Shown: positions 29,074 through 37,331, counted from the first letter of the stretch. The stretch: 64,000 nt of DNA from Candidatus Bathyarchaeia archaeon (GCA_050008435.1 JBEKMQ010000002.1:175929-239928); one strand, 5' to 3'. The notes: generated by a model not told the origin, from the letters alone. Program-made: numbers and translations.

Positions 29074-29204
29074 GAAGGAGATTATCCCGACAACCGTGGG
29101 TCCCCAATCCCTGTAAAGTTTTACCCCACGCGGGTGCGGTGGAACACCAATGCTAAATAGATTCTCTGGTTTACATAGAAAGAGTCTGGGGGCATGGGAG
29201 CACT

Positions 29205-30269
29205 ATGATACTGATCAAAGAGGCCATTGAGGACGATAATGATGCTCTTAATGAACTTCAGAAGAAATGTCCGATGGGCACCAGCATGGTTATTGGAATC
29301 GACAGCTCGCCCGACTATTTTGCTCGGTCTAGACCATTCAAAGAGTGGCAGGTTCTCGTGGCAGTTGAGAATAGTACAATAGTTGGTTCTGCCGCATACG
29401 CAATAATCGATACCTGCGTTAAAGGAAAGCATCTTAAAACTGCCTTTGAGTATGGTTTCATCGTTGACCCTCTTCACAGGCGAAAAGGAATTGGGGAAAA
29501 ACTTCAAAGGCACATCGAGCAGTTCGTGCTGGAGAAGGATGTCAAGCTAGTGCACCTAGACATAATCGAGGACAACTTACCTTCGATAGGCTTATTTTCC
29601 AAAATGGGATTCAAGAAAGTGAAAGACTGCACGATATTTTCCTTGTTGCCTTACAAGAAGCAGAGAACTACAGGAGAGGCAAACATAAGGAGTATGAACG
29701 AGACTGACGTTGATGATGTGACAAACCTGATTAACGAGATGTACCGTGACTACGATTTCTTCGCTCCTTTCCAACCTAAGGACTTCCTAGAGTATCTCAA
29801 GCGAATGCCATACTTCGAGTTTCACAATATCCTTGTTCTTGAAGACAATGGTGGCATTAAAGCCTGTCTGGGATACTGGGATCACAGCAAAGTCAGAAGA
29901 TACATTGTAGAGAAAATGAACCGGACATTGAGAATACAGACATACCTGATGAAGTTGATTGGCTTATTTGCCGAAATGCCTAGAATTCCCAAGCCTGGCG
30001 AACCACTGCTGAACTACAACTTGACCGCTATGGCTTGCAGGAACTCAGAAAGCATGACAGAATTGATAAAACATACAGTCAACATTGCTCTAGAGAATAA
30101 GGTCAACCAGATCATCGTAGCGGTAGACCCAAGGAACCCGATAGCTGCGAATCTCTCACAGTTCAGACATACTGAGATGAAACTGCATTTCTTCACCAAA
30201 TCGCTCAGACAGGAAAGATTACCGAACCTTGGAGAAAGGAAACTCTACATCGACGCAAATCAAATGTAA
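29205..30269 (+). CDS. GNAT family N-acetyltransferase with C-terminal extension
   Basis: VDPLHRRKGIGEKLQRHIE motif A. 354 aa. Confidence 0.7.
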   Translation: MILIKEAIEDDNDALNELQKKCPMGTSMVIGIDSSPDYFARSRPFKEWQVLVAVENSTIVGSAAYAIIDTCVKGKHLKTAFEYGFIVDPLHRRKGIGEKLQRHIEQFVLEKDVKLVHLDIIEDNLPSIGLFSKMGFKKVKDCTIFSLLPYKKQRTTGEANIRSMNETDVDDVTNLINEMYRDYDFFAPFQPKDFLEYLKRMPYFEFHNILVLEDNGGIKACLGYWDHSKVRRYIVEKMNRTLRIQTYLMKLIGLFAEMPRIPKPGEPLLNYNLTAMACRNSESMTELIKHTVNIALENKVNQIIVAVDPRNPIAANLSQFRHTEMKLHFFTKSLRQERLPNLGERKLYIDANQM

Positions 30270-30305
30270 CTATCGTTCACATTCACCCTGCAGCATACGG
30301 CGATT

Positions 30306-30350
30306 TTGGTTGGTTGGATAAAACTTTACCCCAAACCAAACCAACCAACA
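30306..30350 (+). repeat. palindromic element E1 (centre ATAAAACTTTACC)
   Basis: TTGGTTGGTTGG-ATAAAACTTTACC(30318-30330)-CCAAACCAAACCAACCAACA, 37 nt after the stop at 30269. Confidence 0.9.
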
Positions 30351-30589
30351 ACGACGGACTGGCTGAGCAGGGAAAACAGGCTTAGCAGGGTGTATACACG
30401 ATTCAGGCTATACAGTAGTCAGTATCAGTATAAGGTATACTATAGTCGAAATCGAGTATACGCCTCAGCAGGGCACGCGCGCGCAAATGTCGTCGTCGGC
30501 GGGTAAGGTTTTTTCAAACCAACTTTACAAAGGGGAAAAATTCTTATTTAATCAATCTAAGCTAATGGAAGTTAGGAAGCTAAAGACAG

Positions 30590-31063
30590 ATGAAAGCACT
30601 TGTTGCCTACTACTCTAGAACAGGAAACACAAGGAAAGTTGCTGAGAGAATCTCAGCACTTTTGGGATGTGACATTGAGGAGATCCGTGACGTTGTAAAT
30701 AGGTCAGGCATGATTGGCTGGCTTAAAGCAGGTAGAGATGTAGGTTCTAAAAGATTGACAACATTAGAAACGGTGAAGAACGACCCGGCTGGTTATGATA
30801 TCATCGTGATTGGCACGCCTATATGGCGTCACACGTTGTCAACGCCGATCAGAACTTACATCTCGCAATACCAGGAGAACTTCAAGAAGGTATCTTTCTT
30901 CTGTACTGGAAGAAGCACCGGAGATAGTCCATTCGATGAAATGGAGTCGCTTTGTGGAAAGAAGCCAATCGCTACACTTAGGCTGCAGATAAGACGGGGA
31001 GTTGATACCGCTCACGATCCTGAGAAGATTCAAGATTTCATTTCTAAAATAGAAGCAGAGTAG
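30590..31063 (+). CDS. flavodoxin-family protein
   Basis: [20 protein letters not shown]-terminus and VIGTPIW are typical of short flavodoxin-like proteins. Confidence 0.75.
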   Translation: MKALVAYYSRTGNTRKVAERISALLGCDIEEIRDVVNRSGMIGWLKAGRDVGSKRLTTLETVKNDPAGYDIIVIGTPIWRHTLSTPIRTYISQYQENFKKVSFFCTGRSTGDSPFDEMESLCGKKPIATLRLQIRRGVDTAHDPEKIQDFISKIEAE

Positions 31064-31097
31064 ACGCGCGCGCGAAATCAAACAGAAGGAAATCACC

Positions 31098-31107
31098 AGC
31101 GCGCGCT
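31098..31107. repeat. exact palindrome AGCGCGCGCT
   Basis: Immediately 5-prime of the first catalase-homologous codon. Confidence 0.95.
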
Positions 31108-31307
31108 ACTACACTCAGCTAGGAAAACTGTTCAGGTTAATGAACCATGGGCAGCAACAAGTCTTGTTCGAAAACACAGCACGTGCGATGGAAGACAGCC
31201 CAAAAGAAATCAAGATACGACACATCAGAAACTGTCTGAAGGCTGATCCCGCTTATGGCAAAGGAGTTGCAGACGCCCTACGAATATCCTTAGATGAAGC
31301 AACCTAG
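31107..31307 (+). pseudogene. C-terminal fragment of a heme catalase (catalase-related domain)
   Basis: The frame reads [28 protein letters not shown]...[22 protein letters not shown], which follows the catalase C-terminal pattern (Y.Q.G.LYRLM....Q.L.EN.A..M....I..R....F..ADP.YG..V...L). No catalase core lies upstream. An ATG at 31140 could still give a 55-aa peptide. Confidence 0.65.
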
Positions 31308-31349
31308 TTTATTATTCTCTGTTATGCCCGCGCGCTTGCATTATGATCG

Positions 31350-31361
31350 ATCGCGCGCGAT
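31350..31361. repeat. 12-bp palindrome ATCGCGCGCGAT
   Basis: 20 nt downstream of the serpin stop. A further GCGCGC lies at 31330-31335. Confidence 0.95.
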
Positions 31362-31380
31362 GCGCAACCCGAGTCTATGT

Positions 31381-32700
31381 TCAAGCTGGGTTAAGGATTT
31401 TTCCCATGAATAGAACTGAGCCTGAGCGGTCATCTCTGATTTCAAAATAGAACGGTCTGTCGACCACGAAACTAGGGCGAGTGGGACGCGCCGTCGATGT
31501 TTCTCCTATGCCTACGACGGTGACTGCGGCTGCTTCTGTTCCTTTCTCATTGACTTCAACGATAGCTTTGTGGTCTACGTATGATATGTAGAGGTTCCTT
31601 GGGGCAGTGTCAGCGATGCCGCTGAAGTTGGCTTCATAGGGATCAAAGGCTGTTTCCATCCCCAGTTTCTGAAGAACGTCATTGAGGCGTTTCACACCGT
31701 ATTCCACTTTGAATTTCGGCAGTTTGACTACTAGATCAGCCGTGGGCTGAAGTCTGCTGAGGTATTCGTCGTGAGCGGTCTGGTTCAGGCTGGCAATAAA
31801 TGAGTCAAGAGGGACATCTTCATCTGGCAAGAAGACATACATTGCGACTTTGTCTCTTCCGTAGGGCAGTCTTGCCACTTGGCAGTCCTCCCCTGAGTAA
31901 TAGGTGAAGTTGCCTGCAGTAGACATCATGTCAACCTTCACAATGCTTCCTCCAGGCAAGAGGAAATCTTGTGGATGAGTCAGGGTCTCGTCAAATCTTA
32001 TAGTCCATTCTCCCTTGAAGTAGATAGCATTAATCAGAAGCATCACAAGCTCGGGACTTAGCTCCTGAATTATCTCCTTTATTTTGCCCTCTGTGTTCTT
32101 ATCTGCCCAACCATTAATCTCGCTGACAGTCTGGGGGTTCTCAAAGTCCCGCGTAAGAATCTCACCGTCATACGAAGTTCCTACTCTTTCCAAGAAACCC
32201 GATTTGACAATAGGTGCGAACTCTTTCTCCATCCAAACAGAGTTTCCAAGGAGTAGCTTTACTGCTTGATCAACGTTCTCCAAGCTTTCCATCAATTTTG
32301 AGTATTCCTGGTTTATCTCTTCTAAAGTCATGTTTCCAAAATCGAGAGTCTTCGCCATCGCATCTTTCGTCGTGCCTTCTGCCCCATTGTAGAGCATTGC
32401 TAAGGCCATTGAGACGCTCAAAGGAGAAATGAAAATATCCTTGTTCGCTTCCTCTGTGACAAGCTCTCTGAAAAGGCTGAAAGCAAACTCCGTATTTGCA
32501 CGAACTAACGCCGGATCAACAGAATAGGCCTTTGCATCAGATGTGGCATATGCTGAATTTAGGATACTTCCAGGAGTGTAAACTAGCGTCACATAACTAA
32601 CCAGAATAATGGACACTAACGCCAACGATATTGCAGTCAACTTACGAATACCAACGGCCTGCTTGCATTTCCTCCACATAAGCCATTCCCAGTAATACAC
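31381..32700 (-). CDS. serpin (serine protease inhibitor) with N-terminal membrane anchor/signal
   Basis: Serpin length and motifs (FSPLSVSMALAMLYNGA, NAIYFKG.W, C-terminal FVVDRPFYFEIRD..SGSVLFMGKILNP). Hydrophobic N-terminus. GTG at 32700 or ATG at 32679. Confidence 0.9.
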   Translation of the reverse strand: MYYWEWLMWRKCKQAVGIRKLTAISLALVSIILVSYVTLVYTPGSILNSAYATSDAKAYSVDPALVRANTEFAFSLFRELVTEEANKDIFISPLSVSMALAMLYNGAEGTTKDAMAKTLDFGNMTLEEINQEYSKLMESLENVDQAVKLLLGNSVWMEKEFAPIVKSGFLERVGTSYDGEILTRDFENPQTVSEINGWADKNTEGKIKEIIQELSPELVMLLINAIYFKGEWTIRFDETLTHPQDFLLPGGSIVKVDMMSTAGNFTYYSGEDCQVARLPYGRDKVAMYVFLPDEDVPLDSFIASLNQTAHDEYLSRLQPTADLVVKLPKFKVEYGVKRLNDVLQKLGMETAFDPYEANFSGIADTAPRNLYISYVDHKAIVEVNEKGTEAAAVTVVGIGETSTARPTRPSFVVDRPFYFEIRDDRSGSVLFMGKILNPA

Positions 32701-32719
32701 ATGCGACGCGCCAAATATA

Positions 32720-32758
32720 GTTCTAACGACTAGAACAGACCGTTCTAGCCGCTAGAAC
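32720..32758. promoter_or_regulatory. two adjacent palindromic operator-like sites sharing TAGAAC half-sites
   Basis: GTTCTA-ACGAC-TAGAAC (32720-32736) and GTTCTAGC-C-GCTAGAAC (32742-32758). Centres are 22 bp apart, next to a TATA-like AAATATAG (32713-32720), in the divergent region between the serpin and the 32839 ORF. Confidence 0.5.
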
Positions 32759-32761
32759 AGC

Positions 32762-32771
32762 AGCGCGCGCT
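32762..32771. repeat. exact palindrome AGCGCGCGCT
   Basis: In the divergent region between the serpin and the radical-SAM-like gene, 4 nt from the GTTCTAGC-C-GCTAGAAC palindrome. Confidence 0.95.
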
Positions 32772-32838
32772 AACTCATGGTCATTTGAGCACATTACTTA
32801 TTTCCAAGATTCTGAATAAGGAATCAAGCTGAGGACTA

Positions 32839-33468
32839 TTGATAGACTGGTTCGCCCGCCCAAAGCAAAACGCTCTTTCTCCCTCTGAACTAAACCCAGA
32901 GGGAAGGGGACATGCACTCGTGCTAAGGTATGCGGGTTGCCAACTGAGACAGGATAATTGTCCTCTCTGCTACGCAAGGCGTTACGCCTGGAACATTAAA
33001 AACGGCCATGAGTACGAAGTCGACAATGTCCTTAAATCACTTAGTAGGCTGCAGGAGCACACCTCAAGAAAGATAGTCTGGGTCAGAGTCCAAGGAGGAG
33101 AGCCGCTCCTGACATACGACAGATCGATCACGACTCTAAACTACGCGGAGAAAGCTCTGAGCCAGATTATTGAGAAGAAACTCAACTTCTATGGTACTAC
33201 GAGAGTAGTGATCCAAACCAACTCGCTCGGGATGAACCGGCTCAACGAAGAGCAGCTTGCAGAACTATCGAGGAGACTGGAGGCAATATCAAGAGGCATC
33301 GGTAAACAGGGGCGTATTGTTTTTGAGGTATCTCTCAAAAGCTCAATGAACTTGGGCATCCTTGCGCCACAGATCAAGGGATTTGACTTGCTTCTAAGAC
33401 TGCTAATTCCTCTGTGGAAGAAAGGATTTGACAACCTTGCTGTGTACCCATTAGCTGGTTTGGGATAA
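32839..33468 (+). CDS. radical-SAM-like protein with non-canonical CX6CX2C cluster motif
   Basis: GCQLRQDNCPLCY followed by VQGGEPLL (GGE SAM motif) and VVIQTNS. The last codons and the TAA stop lie inside element E2. Confidence 0.5.
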   Translation: MIDWFARPKQNALSPSELNPEGRGHALVLRYAGCQLRQDNCPLCYARRYAWNIKNGHEYEVDNVLKSLSRLQEHTSRKIVWVRVQGGEPLLTYDRSITTLNYAEKALSQIIEKKLNFYGTTRVVIQTNSLGMNRLNEEQLAELSRRLEAISRGIGKQGRIVFEVSLKSSMNLGILAPQIKGFDLLLRLLIPLWKKGFDNLAVYPLAGLG

Positions 33469-33492
33469 AACTTTACCCCCAAACCCAAACCC
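33457..33492 (+). repeat. palindromic element E2
   Basis: GGTTTGGG-ATAAAACTTTACC(33465-33477)-CCCAAACCCAAACCC. Confidence 0.9.
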
Positions 33493-33557
33493 ACTTTCTA
33501 AGACTACCGTAAATCTAAAATGGAAACATGCTCAACAGAAAAAGGAGGCATTCTAAA

Positions 33558-33908
33558 ATGGGCAGAACTATCGAAGAAGTGTTAGTCACTGGAAGAAACC
33601 TTCAGGAAGTGAAAACAGAGGTGTTCCGTTGGATGGACGAGTGGGGAATAAACAAAGTGGAGGAACGTGATGATTTTATTAGAGGACGCATGGGCGCGCG
33701 CGCTGGGCTAACAGCTCCCAAATACTTTGAGGTATCATATAGACCGCAAGATAATGGAGTTTTGGTACACACGGAAGGTTGGATCGGCGTATATGGGATG
33801 GCTGAATCGAGCTTTTCGAAAAGCGCACTTCTTGGTGGAATACCGAGGAGAAAAGGATGGAAAACTATAGAACAATTATGGAACAGACTAAGATCGATGT
33901 CAAAATAG
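33558..33908 (+). CDS. hypothetical protein
   Basis: AAAGGAGG Shine-Dalgarno 9 nt upstream of the ATG at 33558. No family recognised. Confidence 0.5.
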   Translation: MGRTIEEVLVTGRNLQEVKTEVFRWMDEWGINKVEERDDFIRGRMGARAGLTAPKYFEVSYRPQDNGVLVHTEGWIGVYGMAESSFSKSALLGGIPRRKGWKTIEQLWNRLRSMSK

Positions 33909-33935
33909 CAAATTCCCCAGGCTTGCCCTTGACTC

Positions 33936-33980
33936 GTTGTGTGTGTTTTTTTTGCCTTAAAATTTAATCCCAACCCAACC
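33936..33980 (+). repeat. degenerate palindromic element E11
   Basis: GTTGTGTGTG-T8-GCC-TTAAAATTTAATC-CCAACCCAACC. The centre matches 9/13 positions and the arms are the same types as E6. 28 nt after the stop at 33908. Confidence 0.55.
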
Positions 33981-34136
33981 TTGTTAGGGCGCACTTCGCT
34001 TCTACTGTGCAATTATCATTTCATCTTCTTTTGCCAACGAATCACCTGAGACAGTTTTCATCTCGTTTCATTTATAAGCCTAATTCGCCACGCTGAAAGA
34101 AAAAGAAGGGGTGTCTAGTGTCGTTGCTAGAGGATG

Positions 34137-34334
34137 CTATTGTTTGGCTTCCACTAATTTCGCAATCGGAGCGTTCTTCTTCACCGATTCAATACCATTC
34201 ACGCATGCTTCCTTTGAGGAGTAGCCTTCACTAACTGCAATTATCTCTCCATTGGCTGCCAGCAGACGGAATCTGAATTTTCCTGCCTTGTCTTTGAACC
34301 ATTCAAATTTGGGTTCCGGCAAAGATATCACCAC
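34137..34334 (-). CDS. YegP/DUF1508 family protein
   Basis: FEWFKDKAGKFRFRLLAANGEIIAVSEGYSSKEACVNGIESVKKNA matches the YegP repeat pattern. Confidence 0.7.
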   Translation of the reverse strand: MVISLPEPKFEWFKDKAGKFRFRLLAANGEIIAVSEGYSSKEACVNGIESVKKNAPIAKLVEAKQ

Positions 34335-34475
34335 CTGAAGATTATCTGTTGAGTTGATAGAAAAGGTTTTCGTCGCATAAGTAAAGACATTTATTAGGTT
34401 CCAGGCAACATGGCGAGTGGGTTTATGCGATATGTTTTTTAGGCAAAAAAAAGCTGTCTGTTGATAGTGATCAAA

Positions 34476-34667
34476 ATGTCATTCTTGGATAAAGCGAAGA
34501 AAAAGGCCGAAGAGGAAGCCAAAAAGGCTGCCGACGCAGCAAAAAAAGCCGGTGAAAAAGGAGTCCAAGGAGCCAAGACGGCTGGTGAAAAAGTCAAAGA
34601 AGCCGGTGAAAAGGGAGTAGAGGAAACCAAGAAAGCCGTACAAAAGGTGAAAGAAAAAATCGACTAA
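34476..34667 (+). CDS. small Lys/Ala/Glu-rich hydrophilic (LEA-like) protein
   Basis: MSFLDKAKKKAEEEAKKAADAAKKAGEKGV... with internal AGEKGV repeats. Confidence 0.45.
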   Translation: MSFLDKAKKKAEEEAKKAADAAKKAGEKGVQGAKTAGEKVKEAGEKGVEETKKAVQKVKEKID

Positions 34668-34829
34668 CATGTCAGCTCCGCCTTTGTCACATCTGGCAAA
34701 TCCCCCTTTTTCTATCTAATTTCACATTACGGTTTTGGGAGCCCTGTGGTGCGCGGGCTGATCACAAACGAAGAAGAACGAAGAACAGATAAGGGCAGAA
34801 AGAAGAAACCTCATTGTAGTTGAAGTGCT

Positions 34830-36227
34830 TTGAAAATCAAATTCTTAGGTGCAACGCGTCAAGTGACGGGTTCAAGCTACCTGCTCGAAGCTGGCGGATT
34901 GGAGATACTTGTTGACTGTGGGCTTTTTCAGGAAAGAGATTACTCCTACAGAAACTGGCAAGCATTTCCTGTTCCTCCCCACCAGATTCAGCACCTACTC
35001 CTTACCCACGTTCACATCGACCACTCGGGACTCGTCCCCAAGCTTGTGAAGGAAGGATTCACTGGGGAAATCCTACTGACCCCCGCTTCCAAAGAATTGT
35101 TCCCAATCGTGCTTCTAGATTCTGCTCGAACACAGGAAGAGGACGCTGCCTTCAAGAAAAGACGTCATGAAAGGGAGGGTCGAAAAGGACCACGCCCCGA
35201 AATCCCACTCTACACGGTTCAAGACGCTGAGAAATGTTTTCCTCTCCTTAGGGCTCTTCCCTATGAGCAACCTATTCAACTGAACGACCTAGTCACAGTC
35301 TGCTTCCACGACGCCGGTCACATCCTGGGGTCAGCCATGATCGAAGTCACCGTTCGAGATGAAGACGAAACAAAGAATGTTGTCTTTTCAGGGGACATAG
35401 GCCAATGGAACAAACCTCTGCTTGGCGATCCTTCATTCTTTGAGCGAGCCGATTACGTGGTTATGGAATCAACCTATGGAGATCGCAAACACGAAAATCT
35501 CCAAGAGGCCGAGGACAAGCTTGGAAAAACCGTTAACGAAACCATCAACGCAGGCGGAAATGTCATCATTCCAACCTTCGCCATCGAACGCGCCCAAGAG
35601 TTGGTGTACTATTTCAACAAGCTCGCGCGTGAAGGGAGAATACCGTACGTTATGACTTTTCTAGACAGCCCCATGGCCGTCGAGATAACGAGAGTGTTCG
35701 AACGATGCATGAAATACCTCGACGATGAAACACAATCCCTTTTCAAAGATGGAAAATCACCCTTTGATTTCCCAGGATTGAACCTTGTAGAGTCCGTTGA
35801 GGCGTCAAAAGCGATCAACCTCGCCAAGGGTTCAGTCGTCATTATGGCTGGTTCAGGGATGATCACTGGAGGTCGAATAAAGCACCACTTAGTCAGGAAC
35901 ATAACTCGCCCAGAATCTACCCTGCTTTTCGTAGGATACCAGGCAGCTGGAACGCTAGGAAGGCAGATTCTAGACGGCGTCTCGCCTGTTAGAATCTTTG
36001 GACAACTCTATCCCGTACGGATGAAGATTCAGGAGATTGAAGGCTTTTCCGCGCATGCGGACATCACCGATCTGGAACGTTGGCTCAGCAACTTCAAGTC
36101 GCCGCCCACCCAAGTTTTCCTGACTCATGGCGAAGAGAGCTCGATCCAGAGTCTGGAGAATTATCTGCATTCTAAGGGCGGATGGCAAGTCAGGGTGCCA
36201 GCATACCTAGAGGAATACAACCTCTAG
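34830..36227 (+). CDS. MBL-fold beta-CASP family ribonuclease-like hydrolase
   Basis: KFLGA.R.VTGS, THVHIDHSG (HxHxDH), beta-CASP insertion, C-terminal SAHAD. Confidence 0.8.
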   Translation: MKIKFLGATRQVTGSSYLLEAGGLEILVDCGLFQERDYSYRNWQAFPVPPHQIQHLLLTHVHIDHSGLVPKLVKEGFTGEILLTPASKELFPIVLLDSARTQEEDAAFKKRRHEREGRKGPRPEIPLYTVQDAEKCFPLLRALPYEQPIQLNDLVTVCFHDAGHILGSAMIEVTVRDEDETKNVVFSGDIGQWNKPLLGDPSFFERADYVVMESTYGDRKHENLQEAEDKLGKTVNETINAGGNVIIPTFAIERAQELVYYFNKLAREGRIPYVMTFLDSPMAVEITRVFERCMKYLDDETQSLFKDGKSPFDFPGLNLVESVEASKAINLAKGSVVIMAGSGMITGGRIKHHLVRNITRPESTLLFVGYQAAGTLGRQILDGVSPVRIFGQLYPVRMKIQEIEGFSAHADITDLERWLSNFKSPPTQVFLTHGEESSIQSLENYLHSKGGWQVRVPAYLEEYNL

Positions 36228-36245
36228 CTTGCGCGCGGTGACCTA

Positions 36246-37073
36246 TTATTCGTAATATTTTTCTACAATCTGCATACTAAACTTCCATAGCCGTTCCTGC
36301 GTCTTTTTGTTATAGGTTATCTGGTGGGAAGAAATAGGCTTCTGTTCACTAAAGTATTTGCTGGTGACACCTTCCACATCAGGTGATGAAGCAAGGAAGA
36401 CCGAAGTGGCGGCGCCTGCTTGCACGGAGATGCCCTGCAGGTCGGGCCATGCTGAACGCAGTAGGTAAGTATCTACTACGCCAGGGTGCAGACAATTGGC
36501 TGTCACACCACTGTCCTTTAGATAATCTGCCAGGTAATATGTGAAGAGGACATTGGCCAGTTTGGATTGTGAGTAGGCTTCCCATCCTTCGTAACCATCA
36601 AGGGTGTGTAGAAAATCGTAATCAATGTCGTGAGCGCTGTGGACGCTTGAAGCCACCACTACGATCCGTGCAGGGGTGGATTGTTTAATCTTTTTCAAAA
36701 GCAGCAGAGTGAGCAAAAAATGCGCCAAATGGTTGACAGCAAAAGACAGCTCAAAACCATCAGCGGAGAGAGTTGGCTTTGGGACGTAGATGCCAGCATT
36801 ATTAACCAGTACGTCCAGGTGTTTTTCATGGGTGATGACTTCATTCGCTATGGCTTTCACCTCAGCCAGAGAGGAGAAATCAGCTGGGTAGAGCGCCAAG
36901 TTCGCGCTGCCAGTTCCTGACCTTATCAAGTCGCACGTCTTATCTAAATGTTGAAGGGATTTATCGTGCAACAACAAGCGGGCGTGCATACGCGCCAGCT
37001 CCAAGGCGGTCTGCTGACCAATGCCGTTGCCGGCGCCAGTAATTAGAATTGTCTTACCTGTCAGGTCTGACAT
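36246..37073 (-). CDS. short-chain dehydrogenase/reductase (SDR)
   Basis: TGAGNGIGQ cofactor motif, NNAG, YSQSK active site. Confidence 0.85.
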   Translation of the reverse strand: MSDLTGKTILITGAGNGIGQQTALELARMHARLLLHDKSLQHLDKTCDLIRSGTGSANLALYPADFSSLAEVKAIANEVITHEKHLDVLVNNAGIYVPKPTLSADGFELSFAVNHLAHFLLTLLLLKKIKQSTPARIVVVASSVHSAHDIDYDFLHTLDGYEGWEAYSQSKLANVLFTYYLADYLKDSGVTANCLHPGVVDTYLLRSAWPDLQGISVQAGAATSVFLASSPDVEGVTSKYFSEQKPISSHQITYNKKTQERLWKFSMQIVEKYYE

Positions 37074-37170
37074 GCTTAACTCCTTTGTTCATTTAACAAG
37101 GTACACTTTTGTTATTATATCTAGCACGCGCTCTTATCAAAGTCCAATACGCTCTCACACACTCACTCCG

Positions 37171-37299
37171 TGTGCGTGTGTGGTGTGTGTAGGTAGGTAG
37201 GTATAGGTGGAGGAGGAGTGGTGGGTGCAGTGGCAGGGGTGGAGTTAGGCAGAGTTTGTGGTATGGGTTGTGGTAGTGAGTGGTAGTTTGGTTGGTTGG
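37171..37299 (+). repeat. C-poor G/T-rich low-complexity tract adjoining element E3
   Basis: About 130 nt with only about 4 C (GTGTGCGTGTGTGGTGTGTGTAGGTAGGTAGGTATAGGTGGAGGAGG...). Preceded by a CACACAC/GTGTGTG hairpin. Confidence 0.8.
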
Positions 37300-37331
37300 A
37301 TAAAACTTTACCCCAACCAACCAACACTCAC
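37276..37331 (+). repeat. palindromic element E3 (extended stem)
   Basis: GTGAGTG..TTTGGTTGGTTGG-ATAAAACTTTACC(37300-37312)-CCAACCAACCAA..CACTCAC. Confidence 0.9.

Noticed and set aside
30306-30506. 66-aa ORF MVGWIKLYPKPNQPTTTDW...
   Set aside because: It is a translation of element E1 and the simple-sequence spacer, with low-complexity composition and no start context.
37093-37320. 75-aa minus-strand ORF (…PPLPLHPPLLLHLYLPTYTHHTRTR…)
   Set aside because: It is a translation of the G/T-rich low-complexity tract and element E3, not a plausible protein.
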